Positions 1-10,595 are shown, counted from the stretch's first letter. The stretch: DNA of 64,000 nt from an uncultured Aliarcobacter sp. (GCA_963677435.1 OY781945.1:2304001-2368000); one strand, 5' to 3'. A program made the numbers and translations. Notes: a model not told the origin generated them from the letters alone.

Positions 1-1
1 T

Positions 2-913
2 GGAGTTTTCCCTGTAACTGCAATTTCACTAATAAACACTAAAAACAATACTCTGTTTGTATCTTTTGGAGCGCACCCTATTTTAGAAGTAAGTCTTGAG
101 CGAACTATGACAGAACTTATGCAAGGAAGAGATTTAACAAACCTTGATGCCTTTGAAATCCCTACTTTTGATATGAGTTTAGTAGCTGATAGTTTTAACT
201 TAGAAGCTCACTTTATTGATTCAAATGGAAAATTAGGTTTCCCATTTTTATGTGCTAAAAAAAGTTTTGAATATGCTCCTTGGAAATATGAAGGAAATGG
301 AAGTGATGATGAATATGCATTCTTACTTGATATTTTAAAATCTCAAAACAGAGAAATGTATGTTAGAGAATATACATATTTAGACTTCTACTCTTGTCAA
401 ATGATTGTTCCAAACTTCTCAGAAGTTTATCCACTAGATGATATGGTTTATAACAACAAAAACAATGGAAAACTAATCCGAGATATGGTTTTAAACTTTG
501 AAAAATATGATGTAAATGAAATTTTAGACACTGTTGATAGTTTAGATGATTCTTTAAATATGCAACTTTATATTGGTGTTATTTTTGAAGAAAACTTCAC
601 TATGGGAGACTTCAAAGCTCAAATGTTACTTCTTTTAGAAGAGTACGATGATGCTTTAGAGATTTTAGAATTTTCAAACAATAAATTTGGTCATTTAGTA
701 GCTCAATTAATCAGAATGCAAAATGATGGCTTTGAATGGGAAAATTATGAAACTGCATTAAATAATGTTTATGGAAAAGAAAAAATCCAAAAAGCAGTTG
801 ATATTATTGAAGGAAATGGTTATTTAATCAATAGAACTTTACACAAAGATTATAACAATATGTTAAGTATGTTTGATAAGTTAGAAGTTAAAAAATTGGC
901 TTTTTATAAATAA
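2..913 (+). CDS. YcaO-like family protein, 5' truncated by the window edge
   Basis: Frame is open from base 2 (GVFPVTAISLINTKNNTLFVSFGAHPILEVSLERTMTELMQGR), resembling the YcaO FGAHP...ERTxTELxQGR motif. The ORF-track start at 107 is internal. Confidence 0.8.
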   Translation, partial: GVFPVTAISLINTKNNTLFVSFGAHPILEVSLERTMTELMQGRDLTNLDAFEIPTFDMSLVADSFNLEAHFIDSNGKLGFPFLCAKKSFEYAPWKYEGNGSDDEYAFLLDILKSQNREMYVREYTYLDFYSCQMIVPNFSEVYPLDDMVYNNKNNGKLIRDMVLNFEKYDVNEILDTVDSLDDSLNMQLYIGVIFEENFTMGDFKAQMLLLLEEYDDALEILEFSNNKFGHLVAQLIRMQNDGFEWENYETALNNVYGKEKIQKAVDIIEGNGYLINRTLHKDYNNMLSMFDKLEVKKLAFYK

Positions 914-961
914 TATTAAAGCATTAATTATATAAGATTGCTATACATCAAGGAATAAAAT

Positions 962-1645
962 ATGGATTTTTCTAAACAAAATATTTTAATTGTTGAAGAT
1001 GACTTAGAAACATTAGAACTTATGATTGAACTTTTTGAATCAGAATTTTCTACTGTTCTAAAAGCAACAGATGGATGTGAAGCGTTTGAAACCTTTAAGA
1101 ATAATAAGATTGATGTAATTTTATGTGATATAAATATACCTAAAATAAACGGACTTGATACAATAAATAAAATCCGAAAAATTAATTATTCTGTTCCAAT
1201 TATAGTTGTTTCTGCATATTCAGATAGTGACAATCTTCTAAAAGCTTCTAACAGCAATATACAAGGATATATTACTAAGCCCCTTACTTTGGAGAAAATA
1301 GAAGATATACTGCATAAAATATTTTATCACCAAAATCATCAATTGATAAATAATAATATTCAATTAAATTCCTCAACTATTTTAGATTTAGGAAATTCGC
1401 AAGTAATAGTTAAGGATAAAGCTAAAAAACTAACTCCTAAAGAACTTGAATTTATAAAATTATTATTACAGAAAAAAAACTCTGTAGTTTCATATATAAC
1501 AATTGAACAAGCATTATGGAATGATGATAAAATTATGACTAGCACAAGTTTAAGAACATTAGTAAAAAATATTCGTAAAAAATTATATTGCGATATAATT
1601 GAAAATATTCCAAAAGTTGGATATAAGTTAAAAATTCAAAATTAA
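962..1645 (+). CDS. OmpR-family response regulator
   Basis: Receiver domain (ILIVEDD, CDINIPKING, YITKP) and C-terminal winged helix (LTPKE...IENIPKVGY). Confidence 0.92.
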   Translation: MDFSKQNILIVEDDLETLELMIELFESEFSTVLKATDGCEAFETFKNNKIDVILCDINIPKINGLDTINKIRKINYSVPIIVVSAYSDSDNLLKASNSNIQGYITKPLTLEKIEDILHKIFYHQNHQLINNNIQLNSSTILDLGNSQVIVKDKAKKLTPKELEFIKLLLQKKNSVVSYITIEQALWNDDKIMTSTSLRTLVKNIRKKLYCDIIENIPKVGYKLKIQN

Positions 1646-1659
1646 TAATAGAGTTAAAA

Positions 1660-3255
1660 ATGAAACAAAACCACTATTTAAAAACTGAGTTCTATGAAAG
1701 AATTAAGAAAGATTCAATAATTTTTGATTTTTTAGAAGAAAACTCTTTAGATGGAGTATGGTATTGGGATCTTGAAAACCCACAAAATGAATGGATGAGT
1801 CCTAAGTTTTGGCAAGTATTAGGTTACTTACCAGAAGAAAAAAAACATTTAGTTTCCCAATGGCAAGAAATAATATTTCCAGAAGATTTAAAAAAAGCAA
1901 CTGAAAACTTTAATAAACACTACAAAAATCCCAATCATCCCTATGACCAAATTGTAAGATACAAACATAAAAAAGGGCATACAATTTGGGTTAGATGTAG
2001 AGGAAATATAATTAGAGATAATCAGGGAAAACCAATAAGAATGATTGGTGTACATAATGATATTACAGAAGAAAAATATAATGAGGAAAATTTAATACAA
2101 AAAACAAACTATTTAAAAGCTATTTTAGATAGTTCCCTTGATGGAATAATGGCTTTTGATAGTTTATATGATGAAAATGGAGAGATTATTGATTTTATAT
2201 ATACAATGTCAAATAAAAAAGCATGTAGTATTGTTAAGTTAAGGGAAGAAGAACTTATTGGTCAAAGATTATCAAAAATGTTAAGTGGTAATTTTATACC
2301 ATTAGATTCTTTAAATGGACAATCACTTTTTGATATTTATAAAGAAGTTGTATTAACAGGAGAATCTAAATCTTTAGAATTTTATTTTGAAAGCAATGGT
2401 ATAAAAGAGTGGTTTAGAAATAAAACAGTTAAATATGAAGATGGATTTATTTGTACATTTGAAATAATTACAGAAGAAAAATATTTTCAAGAAAAACTTG
2501 AACAAAAACTTGAACAAAAAGTTGAAGAAGAGATGAAGAAACGATTTAAACAAGAAAGATTACTTATTCAACAATCTAAAATGGCAACAATGGGCGAAAT
2601 GATGGCTGCAATAGCACACAATTGGAGACAACCTCTTAATACAATTTCTCTATTAAGTGCTTCAATAACTAAAAAATTATTAAATTCTAAATTAACAAAA
2701 GATTATATTGATAATTGGATTATAAAAATGAATAATCAAGTAAATTTCATGTCCCAAACAATTGATGATTTTAGAAATTTCTATAAACCAGAAGAAGAAT
2801 TTAAAAAAGTTTCTTTAAAAAAAATAATTTCAAAAGTAATATCTTTAATTAATTTACAACTTAATATGAATAACATAAAAATAGAAGCTAATATTCCAGA
2901 ATCAATTTTGATTATGTGTTTAGAAAATCAATTGCAACAAGCTTTAATCAACATATTAATTAATTCAAAAGAAGCAATAATTAGTAAAAATATAATAAAT
3001 GGAATGATTTTATTAAGTGCTAGTGAAGATGATTCATTTGTAAATTTAATTATTCAAGACAATGGTGGAGGAATAGAAAAGGAAGAAAATTTTACATCTA
3101 TATTTGAACCATATTTCACTACTAAAGCAAATTCACATGGAACAGGAATAGGATTATATATGACTAAAATAATTATCGAACAAAATATGAAAGGGAAAAT
3201 TGAAACAAAAAATATAAATAACGGTTTTGAATTTACTATTAAAATCCCTTGTTAA
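1660..3255 (+). CDS. Cytoplasmic PAS-PAS sensor histidine kinase
   Basis: PAS/PAC (DGVWYWD...WVRCRG...MIGVHNDIT), H-box IAHNWRQPL, DNGGGI, FEPYFTTK, GTGIGLY; no TM helix. Confidence 0.92.
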   Translation: MKQNHYLKTEFYERIKKDSIIFDFLEENSLDGVWYWDLENPQNEWMSPKFWQVLGYLPEEKKHLVSQWQEIIFPEDLKKATENFNKHYKNPNHPYDQIVRYKHKKGHTIWVRCRGNIIRDNQGKPIRMIGVHNDITEEKYNEENLIQKTNYLKAILDSSLDGIMAFDSLYDENGEIIDFIYTMSNKKACSIVKLREEELIGQRLSKMLSGNFIPLDSLNGQSLFDIYKEVVLTGESKSLEFYFESNGIKEWFRNKTVKYEDGFICTFEIITEEKYFQEKLEQKLEQKVEEEMKKRFKQERLLIQQSKMATMGEMMAAIAHNWRQPLNTISLLSASITKKLLNSKLTKDYIDNWIIKMNNQVNFMSQTIDDFRNFYKPEEEFKKVSLKKIISKVISLINLQLNMNNIKIEANIPESILIMCLENQLQQALINILINSKEAIISKNIINGMILLSASEDDSFVNLIIQDNGGGIEKEENFTSIFEPYFTTKANSHGTGIGLYMTKIIIEQNMKGKIETKNINNGFEFTIKIPC

Positions 3256-3285
3256 TAATTTTATTAACAATTTAAAAATTATTTT

Positions 3286-3324
3286 CCACAAACTCACAAA
3301 TAAGTCACATTTTTTTTGTATTAT
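3286..3324 (+). promoter_or_regulatory. TCACA direct repeats upstream of a -10-like TATTAT
   Basis: TCACA at 3294 and 3305 (11-bp period), CCACA at 3286, TATTAT at 3319-3324. Confidence 0.4.
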
Positions 3325-3479
3325 TTTATTGAATTATACTTAATAACACAAGTATCGGAAGTCTTATGAATAAACAATATATGACTACAAATATATTTTG
3401 AATTAAGAGATAATTCAAAGATAAATATTACTACATCAAACTTATAAAATATAAATTAAGAAAATTCAAGGAGATTATT

Positions 3480-5054
3480 ATGTTTAATATTGGAAAGACA
3501 GAAGAAGAAAAAGCACGATTAGTTGCAATGGATGAAAACTTTGCAATTATTTCATTTAAACCAGATGGTACAATTATACACGCAAATGATAATTTTTTAA
3601 ATGTTCTTGGTTATACACAAAATGAAGTAGTTGGAAATCATCATAGAATGTTTTGTAAAAAAGAGTACACAAATTCACAAGCATATAGTGATTTTTGGAA
3701 AAACTTAGCTGATGGAAAAGCTCAAATAGATGAGTTTGAAAGAATTCATAAAAATGGTAGTTCTGTTTGGATTCAAGCTTCATATACAACTGTAAAAAAT
3801 AAAAGTGGAAAAGTTACAAGAGTTGTTAAATTTGCGCAAGATATTACTGAAGCTAAAAAAGTAATTGATGCTGTAAAAAAAGCTATTGAGTTGGCAAAAA
3901 CAGGAATTATGAAACAAACAATAATTGAAACAACTAAAAATGAAGGAATAGAAGCACTTAAAAATGGTGTTAATGATTTATTTGGAATTGTATCTTCTAA
4001 AGTTGATGGTGATTTAAATAAAATATCTGAAGCTTTATCATTTTATCAAAAGTTAGACTTTAGACATAGAATTACAGGAAATAATTTAGGAGCAGTATCA
4101 GAAGGACTAAATAACTTTGCTAATGTTGTAAATGATATGTTAGTAGAAAATAAATCAAATGGATTAACTCTTGATGAGGGTTCAGATTTACTTTTAGCAA
4201 ATGTTGATAAATTAAATATTAGCTCAAATGAAGCAGCAGCATCACTTGAAGAAACAGCAGCAGCATTAGAAGAGATTACTTCAAATATTAGAAATAATAC
4301 GCAAAATATTCAAAAAATGGCTACTTATTCAAATAGTGTTACAAAATCTGCACATGATGGAGAGAATTTAGCAAATCAAACAACAGTTGCAATGGAAGAG
4401 ATAAATGTTCAAGTAAATTCAATAAATGAAGCAATTAGTGTAATTGACCAAATTGCATTTCAAACAAATATTCTTTCTTTAAATGCAGCTGTTGAAGCAG
4501 CAACTGCAGGAGAAGCTGGAAAAGGATTTGCAGTTGTTGCAGCAGAAGTGAGAAATCTAGCAAGTAGAAGTGCAGAAGCAGCAAAAGAGATAAAAAATAT
4601 AGTGGGGAATGCAACTTCTAAAGCGAATCAAGGTAAAGAAATAGCAAATCATATGATAAATGGATATAAAGAATTAAATCAAAATATTCAACAAACAATA
4701 AATCTAATTCAAGATATAGAGATGTCAAGTAAAGAACAGCTTACAGGAATTGAACAAATTAATGATGCTGTAAATAGCCTTGATCAACAAACTCAACAAA
4801 ATGCAGCAGTAGCATCACAAACTCATGATGTAGCACTGACAACAGACAGTATTGCGAAACTTATTGTTTCAAATGCAAATGAAAAAGAGTTTATTGGTAA
4901 AAATGAAGTTAAATCAAAAGATATGAAATTAAACTCTTCATTTGATACAAGAACAAATAAAGGAATACCTAAAACTGTAGTAAAAAAGCCACTAAAACAT
5001 GAAACAAAAATAGTTTCTAATAAATCTAACGATACAGAATGGGAAAGTTTTTAA
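3480..5054 (+). CDS. Soluble PAS-domain methyl-accepting chemotaxis protein (BdlA/Aer-like)
   Basis: N-terminal PAS (ANDNFL...HHRMFC...WIQASY), MCP signature [31 protein letters not shown]-terminal EWESF pentapeptide; AGGAG RBS. Confidence 0.93.
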   Translation: MFNIGKTEEEKARLVAMDENFAIISFKPDGTIIHANDNFLNVLGYTQNEVVGNHHRMFCKKEYTNSQAYSDFWKNLADGKAQIDEFERIHKNGSSVWIQASYTTVKNKSGKVTRVVKFAQDITEAKKVIDAVKKAIELAKTGIMKQTIIETTKNEGIEALKNGVNDLFGIVSSKVDGDLNKISEALSFYQKLDFRHRITGNNLGAVSEGLNNFANVVNDMLVENKSNGLTLDEGSDLLLANVDKLNISSNEAAASLEETAAALEEITSNIRNNTQNIQKMATYSNSVTKSAHDGENLANQTTVAMEEINVQVNSINEAISVIDQIAFQTNILSLNAAVEAATAGEAGKGFAVVAAEVRNLASRSAEAAKEIKNIVGNATSKANQGKEIANHMINGYKELNQNIQQTINLIQDIEMSSKEQLTGIEQINDAVNSLDQQTQQNAAVASQTHDVALTTDSIAKLIVSNANEKEFIGKNEVKSKDMKLNSSFDTRTNKGIPKTVVKKPLKHETKIVSNKSNDTEWESF

Positions 5055-5064
5055 ACTTTCCCAT
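5039..5064 (+). terminator. Hairpin over the MCP stop codon, probable terminator
   Basis: ATGGGAAAGTTT-TT-AAACTTTCCCAT inverted repeat. Confidence 0.55.
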
Positions 5065-5276
5065 AAAAAGAATAAATTACTTGTAAAATCGTGTAAAAAC
5101 TGAAGCATTATTAGTATTTGTAATAACCATTCTTAAAAATTATTTTTATCAGGTAAAAAAAACTGAATATAAAATTAACACTACTAGGAAAAAAGTAAAA
5201 AGAAAATAGTATGGAAATTAATATATAAAAAATAATTAGTTATAATCAATAAAATTTATACAATAAAGGAAATTAT

Positions 5277-5654
5277 ATGCAATATATGGAAATGACTAAA
5301 AAAAGTGTTCAAGAAGTTATTGATTCATTAAAAGATGTATCTTCGAAATACAAATTTGGAATTCAACATATTCATAATATAACTGAAACTTTAAAATCAA
5401 AAGGAATTGAATTAGAAAATGAGTGTCAAATAGTTGATATTTGTAATCCAATGATTGCTGAAAAACTTTTAAGTGAAGATATGTCACTTTCTATTATTAT
5501 GCCTTGTAAAATTTCTGTTTACACTCAAGATGGTGAAACAATAATAGCAATGAACTCTTTAGTTCAATTAGTAGATGATATAAATCCTGATTTAATTGAA
5601 ATTGCTCAAGAAGCACAAGAGCAATTATTAGAAATTATTGATGAGATAAAATAG
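5277..5654 (+). CDS. DUF302 family protein
   Basis: FGIQHIHN...IVDICNP...IMPCKISVY pattern typical of DUF302. Confidence 0.8.
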   Translation: MQYMEMTKKSVQEVIDSLKDVSSKYKFGIQHIHNITETLKSKGIELENECQIVDICNPMIAEKLLSEDMSLSIIMPCKISVYTQDGETIIAMNSLVQLVDDINPDLIEIAQEAQEQLLEIIDEIK

Positions 5655-5662
5655 AGCCTATT

Positions 5663-5767
5663 TTGGAAATATTAAATGAAATATTTGAAATAGGTATTGT
5701 TTTATTTTTCATCTATATGATTATCAAAGTTTTCAGATGTAAATTTGGAAAATGCAATATTAAATAA
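5663..5767 (+). CDS. Unannotated 34-aa single-TM small protein MEILNEIFEIGIVLFFIYMIIKVFRCKFGKCNIK
   Basis: TTG start with AGAG upstream and TAA at 5765-5767; fills the gap between two co-oriented genes; hydrophobic helix followed by a basic CxxxxC tail. Confidence 0.55.
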   Translation: MEILNEIFEIGIVLFFIYMIIKVFRCKFGKCNIK

Positions 5768-5777
5768 AGAAGAAACA

Positions 5778-6251
5778 ATGTTAACAATGATAGAAACAAG
5801 TACCGTAAATAGTGTTTCACAACTAATTCAACTCTCAGTCGCTCCTGTATTTTTACTTGCAGGTGTAGCTGGATTATTAAATGTTTTTACAGGAAGACTT
5901 TCAAGAATTATAGATAAAGTTGATAAATTAGATAAATATGAAGATGAAAATCAATATCTTGATAAAGAAGATAAAGTAATTAAAAAGATTGAACAAAGAA
6001 GAAATTTTTTGACAATGAGAATGAAAAATACAAATCTTGCCATACTTTTTTGTACATGTACAGGTTTATTGATCGCCTTAGTTATTGTAACTATGTTTTT
6101 AAGTGCTATATTTGAATTTAAAGATTCTTTTTTTATTGCTGTACTTTTTATTGCAGCAATGCTTTGTTTGATTAGTTCTTTATTTCTATTTTTAAGAGAA
6201 ATCTTTTATACAACTTCTTTTATTAAATCAAAAAAAAGTTATATTCCATAA
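5778..6251 (+). CDS. DUF2721 family membrane protein
   Basis: IQLSVAPVFLLAGVAGLLNVFTGRLSRIID motif and three hydrophobic segments; ATG 5778 preferred over TTG 5745. Confidence 0.8.
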   Translation: MLTMIETSTVNSVSQLIQLSVAPVFLLAGVAGLLNVFTGRLSRIIDKVDKLDKYEDENQYLDKEDKVIKKIEQRRNFLTMRMKNTNLAILFCTCTGLLIALVIVTMFLSAIFEFKDSFFIAVLFIAAMLCLISSLFLFLREIFYTTSFIKSKKSYIP

Positions 6252-6272
6252 AAAAGTAAAAACAAAATGTTT

Positions 6273-6623
6273 TTACTTTTTTACAGATGTAAATATTATT
6301 TCTACTAAAGTTTGTGGAGTTGACATACTAGCTTCAACACAAGCTCGAGCAGGTGGATTCTCTTTTGAAACCCATTCATCCCAGATTTCATTAAAATCTG
6401 CGAAATCTCTATCTATATCTTTTAAATAAATTTCAGCTCTTAAAATATTTTCTTTATCAGTATTGGCTTGTTCAAAAAGCTCTTGTGCAATACTTAATAC
6501 TTCTTTTGTTTGTCCTTTAACATCAAGTGTTTTATCATTTGGGACAATTCCTGCAAAATATATAACACCATTGTGCTCAACAATTTTGCTCATTCTAGTT
6601 CCAACTATTTTTCTAGCTATCAT
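6273..6623 (-). CDS. RidA/YjgF family protein (YoaB-like)
   Basis: RMSKIVEHNGVIYFAG...FNEIWDEWV...PPARACVEA...VEI; ATG 6623 with AAAGGAG RBS. Confidence 0.88.
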   Translation of the reverse strand: MIARKIVGTRMSKIVEHNGVIYFAGIVPNDKTLDVKGQTKEVLSIAQELFEQANTDKENILRAEIYLKDIDRDFADFNEIWDEWVSKENPPARACVEASMSTPQTLVEIIFTSVKK

Positions 6624-6734
6624 AATAACTCCTTTAATGTGTGAGTATTTTAAGTATATCATTTTAAAATAAAAAACCATTTATTAATTTAATAAATACT
6701 AAAATTCCATTCAAATTGAAAATAAGGCTTTTAT

Positions 6735-6965
6735 ATGTACACCCCAATATCTTGTGAATTTTTTGATCAACTAAATGTAGCAATGCAAAGAAAAATTCCT
6801 TCAACTGTTGTTTATCTAGAAAATGGTGAAAAAAAAACTATAAAGGGTTTAATTCAAACTATGAGTGTAATTGATGGTTTTGAATATTTGGTTTTAAATA
6901 CAAAAGAGCAAATAAGATTAGATACAGTTGTAACTTTTAATGGAAGACGACACAAAGAAGAGTAA
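6735..6965 (+). CDS. rof: Rho-binding antiterminator Rof/YaeO-like protein
   Basis: YTPISCEFFDQL...EYLVL...IRLD matches the Rof YxPIxCxxxDxL...EYL...RLD pattern. Confidence 0.7.
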   Translation: MYTPISCEFFDQLNVAMQRKIPSTVVYLENGEKKTIKGLIQTMSVIDGFEYLVLNTKEQIRLDTVVTFNGRRHKEE

Positions 6966-6990
6966 AAGAGCAAAGCCCTTTTACCTTTTA

Positions 6991-9222
6991 TTAAAACGAA
7001 TTTTTACCATTAAACTCTTTTGCATCAGCTTGAGTAATTATCATATTTGAAATCTCTAATGTTTCTTTAGAAATTTCATTTGCTTCTGAAGCATTTTGCG
7101 CATTTTGTTGAGTAATTTGATCTAAATTATTAACAGCATCATTTATCTGAACCATACCAATTGATTGCTCTTTACTAGCTGTTGTAACATTTTCAATTAG
7201 CTCTAAAGTTGTAGATATATTTTTATTTAAATCAGAATATCCCTCTATCATATCTGCAGCTATACTTTTACCCTCTTGAGTTTTTTTCTGTGCATTTGAA
7301 ACTAAATCTTTTATCTGTTTAGCAGCTTCAGCACTTCTACTAGCAAGGGTTCTTACTTCTCCAGCAACAACAGCAAAACCTTTTCCAGCTTCTCCTGCAG
7401 TTGCAGCTTCTACGGCTGCATTTAAAGATAGAATATTTGTTTGAAATGCAATTTGGTCAATAACAGTAATTGCTTCATTAATTGCACTTGTTTGTGCATT
7501 AATATCTTCCATTGAAAGAACTGTTTTATTAGCTAATGATTGCCCTAAGCTGATTGATTCTTTTACTTTATTTCCATAATTTGCCATATTAATTGCAGTT
7601 TGAGTATTATTCTTAATATTTGAAGTTATCTCTTCTAGCGATGCTGCTGTCTCTTCTAAAGATGCAGCTTGAGAGTTTGCAGCTTTTGCAATACCTTGCA
7701 TATTTTTGCTTAAGTGATTTGCATTGCCACTTAAAGTGATTCCTATTCTTTTATTTTCTAATAAAGTTTGAGTAATAACTTCACCTAAAATATTTACATC
7801 TTTTTCAAGTTCTTTTATAATTCCCTCAAGATTGTTTTCTGCTAAGTTTGGTCTAAAATCAAGTTTTGAATATGAAGTTAACACTTTTAATATATTTGAA
7901 ATATTACTATTTAACATTCCTAACATCTCATTAATTATATCTTTCAATTCATTTAATGATGGATTATTTGAACCAACTTCAATTTTTTTATCTAAATATC
8001 CTTTATTAATTGCATTTGTTACTCTAATTGCATCTGCTATTAATTCTCTATCTTTTTGGATATTTATTTTAGTATTTTCAATATTTTGATTAATTATTCT
8101 TGACATTTTTCCTAATTCATCTTCTGAATCAACTTTGATTAACTCAATATCCTCTTTTTCAAAATTAATAAATGCAAAGAAATTTTCAACCCCTCTTTTA
8201 ACAGAATCAACATCTATTAAAATAGTAAAAGCAATTGTTCTTGCTAAAATCATAGTTAAGGCAATACCAAATATACTTAAAAATCCAAAAATAATCATAT
8301 TATTTTGAGAAGCATTCATCTCATTATCAATAGTAGAAATTAAATTATTTGCAATAAAATTTTCTACTTTTTTCAATAAGTCAATTTTTTCTGTGATTGT
8401 TTTAAACCAATATTGTGGTTCAACTCCAAAATTAGAATCAATATCACTATAAAGTGCAATTTTTCTCATTCTTTCAACTTCAGCGATTGATTCGCCTTTC
8501 ATAGTATCATTATAAAACTGCGTTATTGCAGAGTCACTAACTTTTAAGAAAGAATCTAAATATGCATTTTGTTCTGCAATTAATGTATAAAACTTTGATT
8601 TCATGCCTGAAGCAAAATTATTTCTAGCAAATGTATTTGTACCAATTGCACGCTCAATTCCAGCTCTTTCTTTTGATAATAAAAAGTTCATATAAGATAC
8701 TAACTCTTGAGATACTTTTGCATTTGTTGATAGTTTTGTGATTGTTCCAATAACATTTAATAATAGTGTATTTGCTTTTGTATAATAAGCAATCGCCAAT
8801 GGAGTTTCTATTGAGAGGGAAGAAACATCTGCTCTGATGTTTGATAAGTTTGAAAGTTGCTTTAATCCATTGTTTAAGTTTTCACTAAATTCTGAACTAT
8901 AAGCATCTTTATTAAATTCGTTTAAAAATAGATTTAAATCTTTAATTTTTTCATCCACACTTATTCTTTGTGTAGGTAATTCTGATTTAAACTTTTCACC
9001 TTTACTTCCTAAAAATCCTGCTGTCATGCCTCGCTCTTTTTGAGTTTCATGAACCAAAGCACCAATTTTTGTTGAAAGTTTTACTACTGCATCTAAACTA
9101 GTTAAGTTTTTAGATGTATAGAATGAATCAAAAGCAAGTTTTGCTGCTAATAATATAACCACTGTTAATGGTATCATCATGATTAAAATTAGCTTTTGCT
9201 TTATTGATAATCTATTAAGCAT
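6991..9222 (-). CDS. Methyl-accepting chemotaxis protein with NIT (nitrate/nitrite-sensing) domain
   Basis: Two TM helices, NIT motifs [10 protein letters not shown] and [12 protein letters not shown] signature. Confidence 0.9.
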   Translation of the reverse strand: MLNRLSIKQKLILIMMIPLTVVILLAAKLAFDSFYTSKNLTSLDAVVKLSTKIGALVHETQKERGMTAGFLGSKGEKFKSELPTQRISVDEKIKDLNLFLNEFNKDAYSSEFSENLNNGLKQLSNLSNIRADVSSLSIETPLAIAYYTKANTLLLNVIGTITKLSTNAKVSQELVSYMNFLLSKERAGIERAIGTNTFARNNFASGMKSKFYTLIAEQNAYLDSFLKVSDSAITQFYNDTMKGESIAEVERMRKIALYSDIDSNFGVEPQYWFKTITEKIDLLKKVENFIANNLISTIDNEMNASQNNMIIFGFLSIFGIALTMILARTIAFTILIDVDSVKRGVENFFAFINFEKEDIELIKVDSEDELGKMSRIINQNIENTKINIQKDRELIADAIRVTNAINKGYLDKKIEVGSNNPSLNELKDIINEMLGMLNSNISNILKVLTSYSKLDFRPNLAENNLEGIIKELEKDVNILGEVITQTLLENKRIGITLSGNANHLSKNMQGIAKAANSQAASLEETAASLEEITSNIKNNTQTAINMANYGNKVKESISLGQSLANKTVLSMEDINAQTSAINEAITVIDQIAFQTNILSLNAAVEAATAGEAGKGFAVVAGEVRTLASRSAEAAKQIKDLVSNAQKKTQEGKSIAADMIEGYSDLNKNISTTLELIENVTTASKEQSIGMVQINDAVNNLDQITQQNAQNASEANEISKETLEISNMIITQADAKEFNGKNSF

Positions 9223-9326
9223 TAGTTTCCCCTTAAATATTTTAATTATGATAGCATAATTAGTTATTAATTTCTTTTGATTTAAACCAAAAGCTTATAT
9301 TTATGGGTTTTATAGAGTTAAATATA

Positions 9327-9470
9327 TTATTTTTTATCAGAAAGAATTAATCTTGTTTTTTCTATATTTAATCCAGCTTTTGAACTTGCGTCCTCTAAAC
9401 TTTCATTATTTTTTAAAAGTCTTAATAAAACTTCGATTTTTTTGTTTGTTTTTATATGTGTAATTGACAT
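9327..9470 (-). CDS. Small basic protein (47 aa), possible helix-turn-helix
   Basis: ATG 9470 with AAGGAAA RBS; SLEDASSKAGLNIEKTRLIL resembles an HTH. Confidence 0.6.
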   Translation of the reverse strand: MSITHIKTNKKIEVLLRLLKNNESLEDASSKAGLNIEKTRLILSDKK

Positions 9471-9616
9471 ATGATTTCCTTTTTTTTTCTTCATTTCGAT
9501 GAAGTTAATAAAAAAGATAAAAATGAGCTTGTTGTCTAAATGAGTAATATCAACGCTGTGGGTAATCAATAAAAGGCAAATAACAGATGAAACTCGAATT
9601 CATCTTTAGTGGACAC

Positions 9617-9645
9617 AGTATAACTGAATTAAAAAGTAAAAGCAA
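9617..9645 (-). promoter_or_regulatory. Sigma70 promoter TTGCTT-N17-TATACT for the 47-aa ORF with a long leader
   Basis: Reverse complement of AGTATA (9617-9622) and AAGCAA (9640-9645), 17-nt spacer. Confidence 0.6.
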
Positions 9646-9705
9646 GGGCTATATGTTTTTTTAGTATACTACTGCTCAAATCAAAAAATATAAAGAAAAT
9701 AAAAT

Positions 9706-10530
9706 ATGAAAATAGATAATAATTTTATCCAATTAATTTCCCATAAAGATACTCTAAATAAAGAACAACTTAAAATCTTAGGTTTAGAATATCCAGCAGA
9801 TGATAACTGGAAAAATCAAGCCTTAGAAAAAGAAGTATCAAAAAATGATGCAAATATACTTATGCTTTTAAAAGGTGATTTATCACTAAAAGCACAAGAG
9901 CAAATAATAAAAAATTATCACATGGTTTTAGAATTTAATAATATAAAACCTAAATCTGTTTATGAAATACCTGAAGTTAAAAAAGAAGAAGTTTCAAAAG
10001 AGCAAATAAATAATGATGAAGAATTTATCAAAATCTATTGTGATGGAGCATGTTCAGGAAATCCAGGAAATGCTGGAAGTGGACTTGCAATTTATTCAAA
10101 TAAAAAGAATCCTGTTTTACTTTATGGCGCTTACGAAGAAGAAGGAACAAACAATATAGCTGAGTTAAATGCTTTACATCAAGCTTTATTAATTGCTAGA
10201 CAAACAAATAGTGAAAATACTATCTCTATTTTTTCAGATTCAAAGTATGCAATTGATTGTATTACAGTTTGGGCATATGGTTGGAAAAAAAATGGCTGGA
10301 GTAAAAAAGGTGGAGAGATTAAAAATCTTGAATTAATAAAAGAAGCTCATCAATTATATGAAAAATTAAAAACAAAAATTGAAATAAATCATGTAAAAGG
10401 TCACGCAGGAGTTGAGGGGAATGAACTAGCTGATAGAATGGCTGTTTATACAATAAAAGCAAAAAATAAGAATTTTGAATTTTATTCTTACAATAAAATA
10501 GATGAAGTTTTAGGCATGAAATCTTATTAA
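9706..10530 (+). CDS. rnhA: Ribonuclease HI with ~100-aa N-terminal extension
   Basis: YCDGACSGNPG, TNNIAEL, SDSKY, HVKGHAGVEGNELAD. Confidence 0.88.
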   Translation: MKIDNNFIQLISHKDTLNKEQLKILGLEYPADDNWKNQALEKEVSKNDANILMLLKGDLSLKAQEQIIKNYHMVLEFNNIKPKSVYEIPEVKKEEVSKEQINNDEEFIKIYCDGACSGNPGNAGSGLAIYSNKKNPVLLYGAYEEEGTNNIAELNALHQALLIARQTNSENTISIFSDSKYAIDCITVWAYGWKKNGWSKKGGEIKNLELIKEAHQLYEKLKTKIEINHVKGHAGVEGNELADRMAVYTIKAKNKNFEFYSYNKIDEVLGMKSY

Positions 10531-10595
10531 AGATATATTTGATAGCCTTTTAGGTATTATATGCGTAATTATTAAGAAAAGAACAAGGAACAATA

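Noticed and set aside
3366..3401. 11-codon uORF MNKQYMTTNIF in the MCP leader
   Set aside because: Too short, no amino-acid run or attenuator geometry; chance is likely.
4240..4600. Repeated DNA shared with ~7320-7680 and ~46930-47300
   Set aside because: These are the conserved MCP signalling domains of three paralogues, not a mobile repeat.
9523..9609. Further selenoproteins by UGA read-through in short frames near 9540-9552
   Set aside because: No RBS, redox motif or SECIS-like hairpin at the expected distance.
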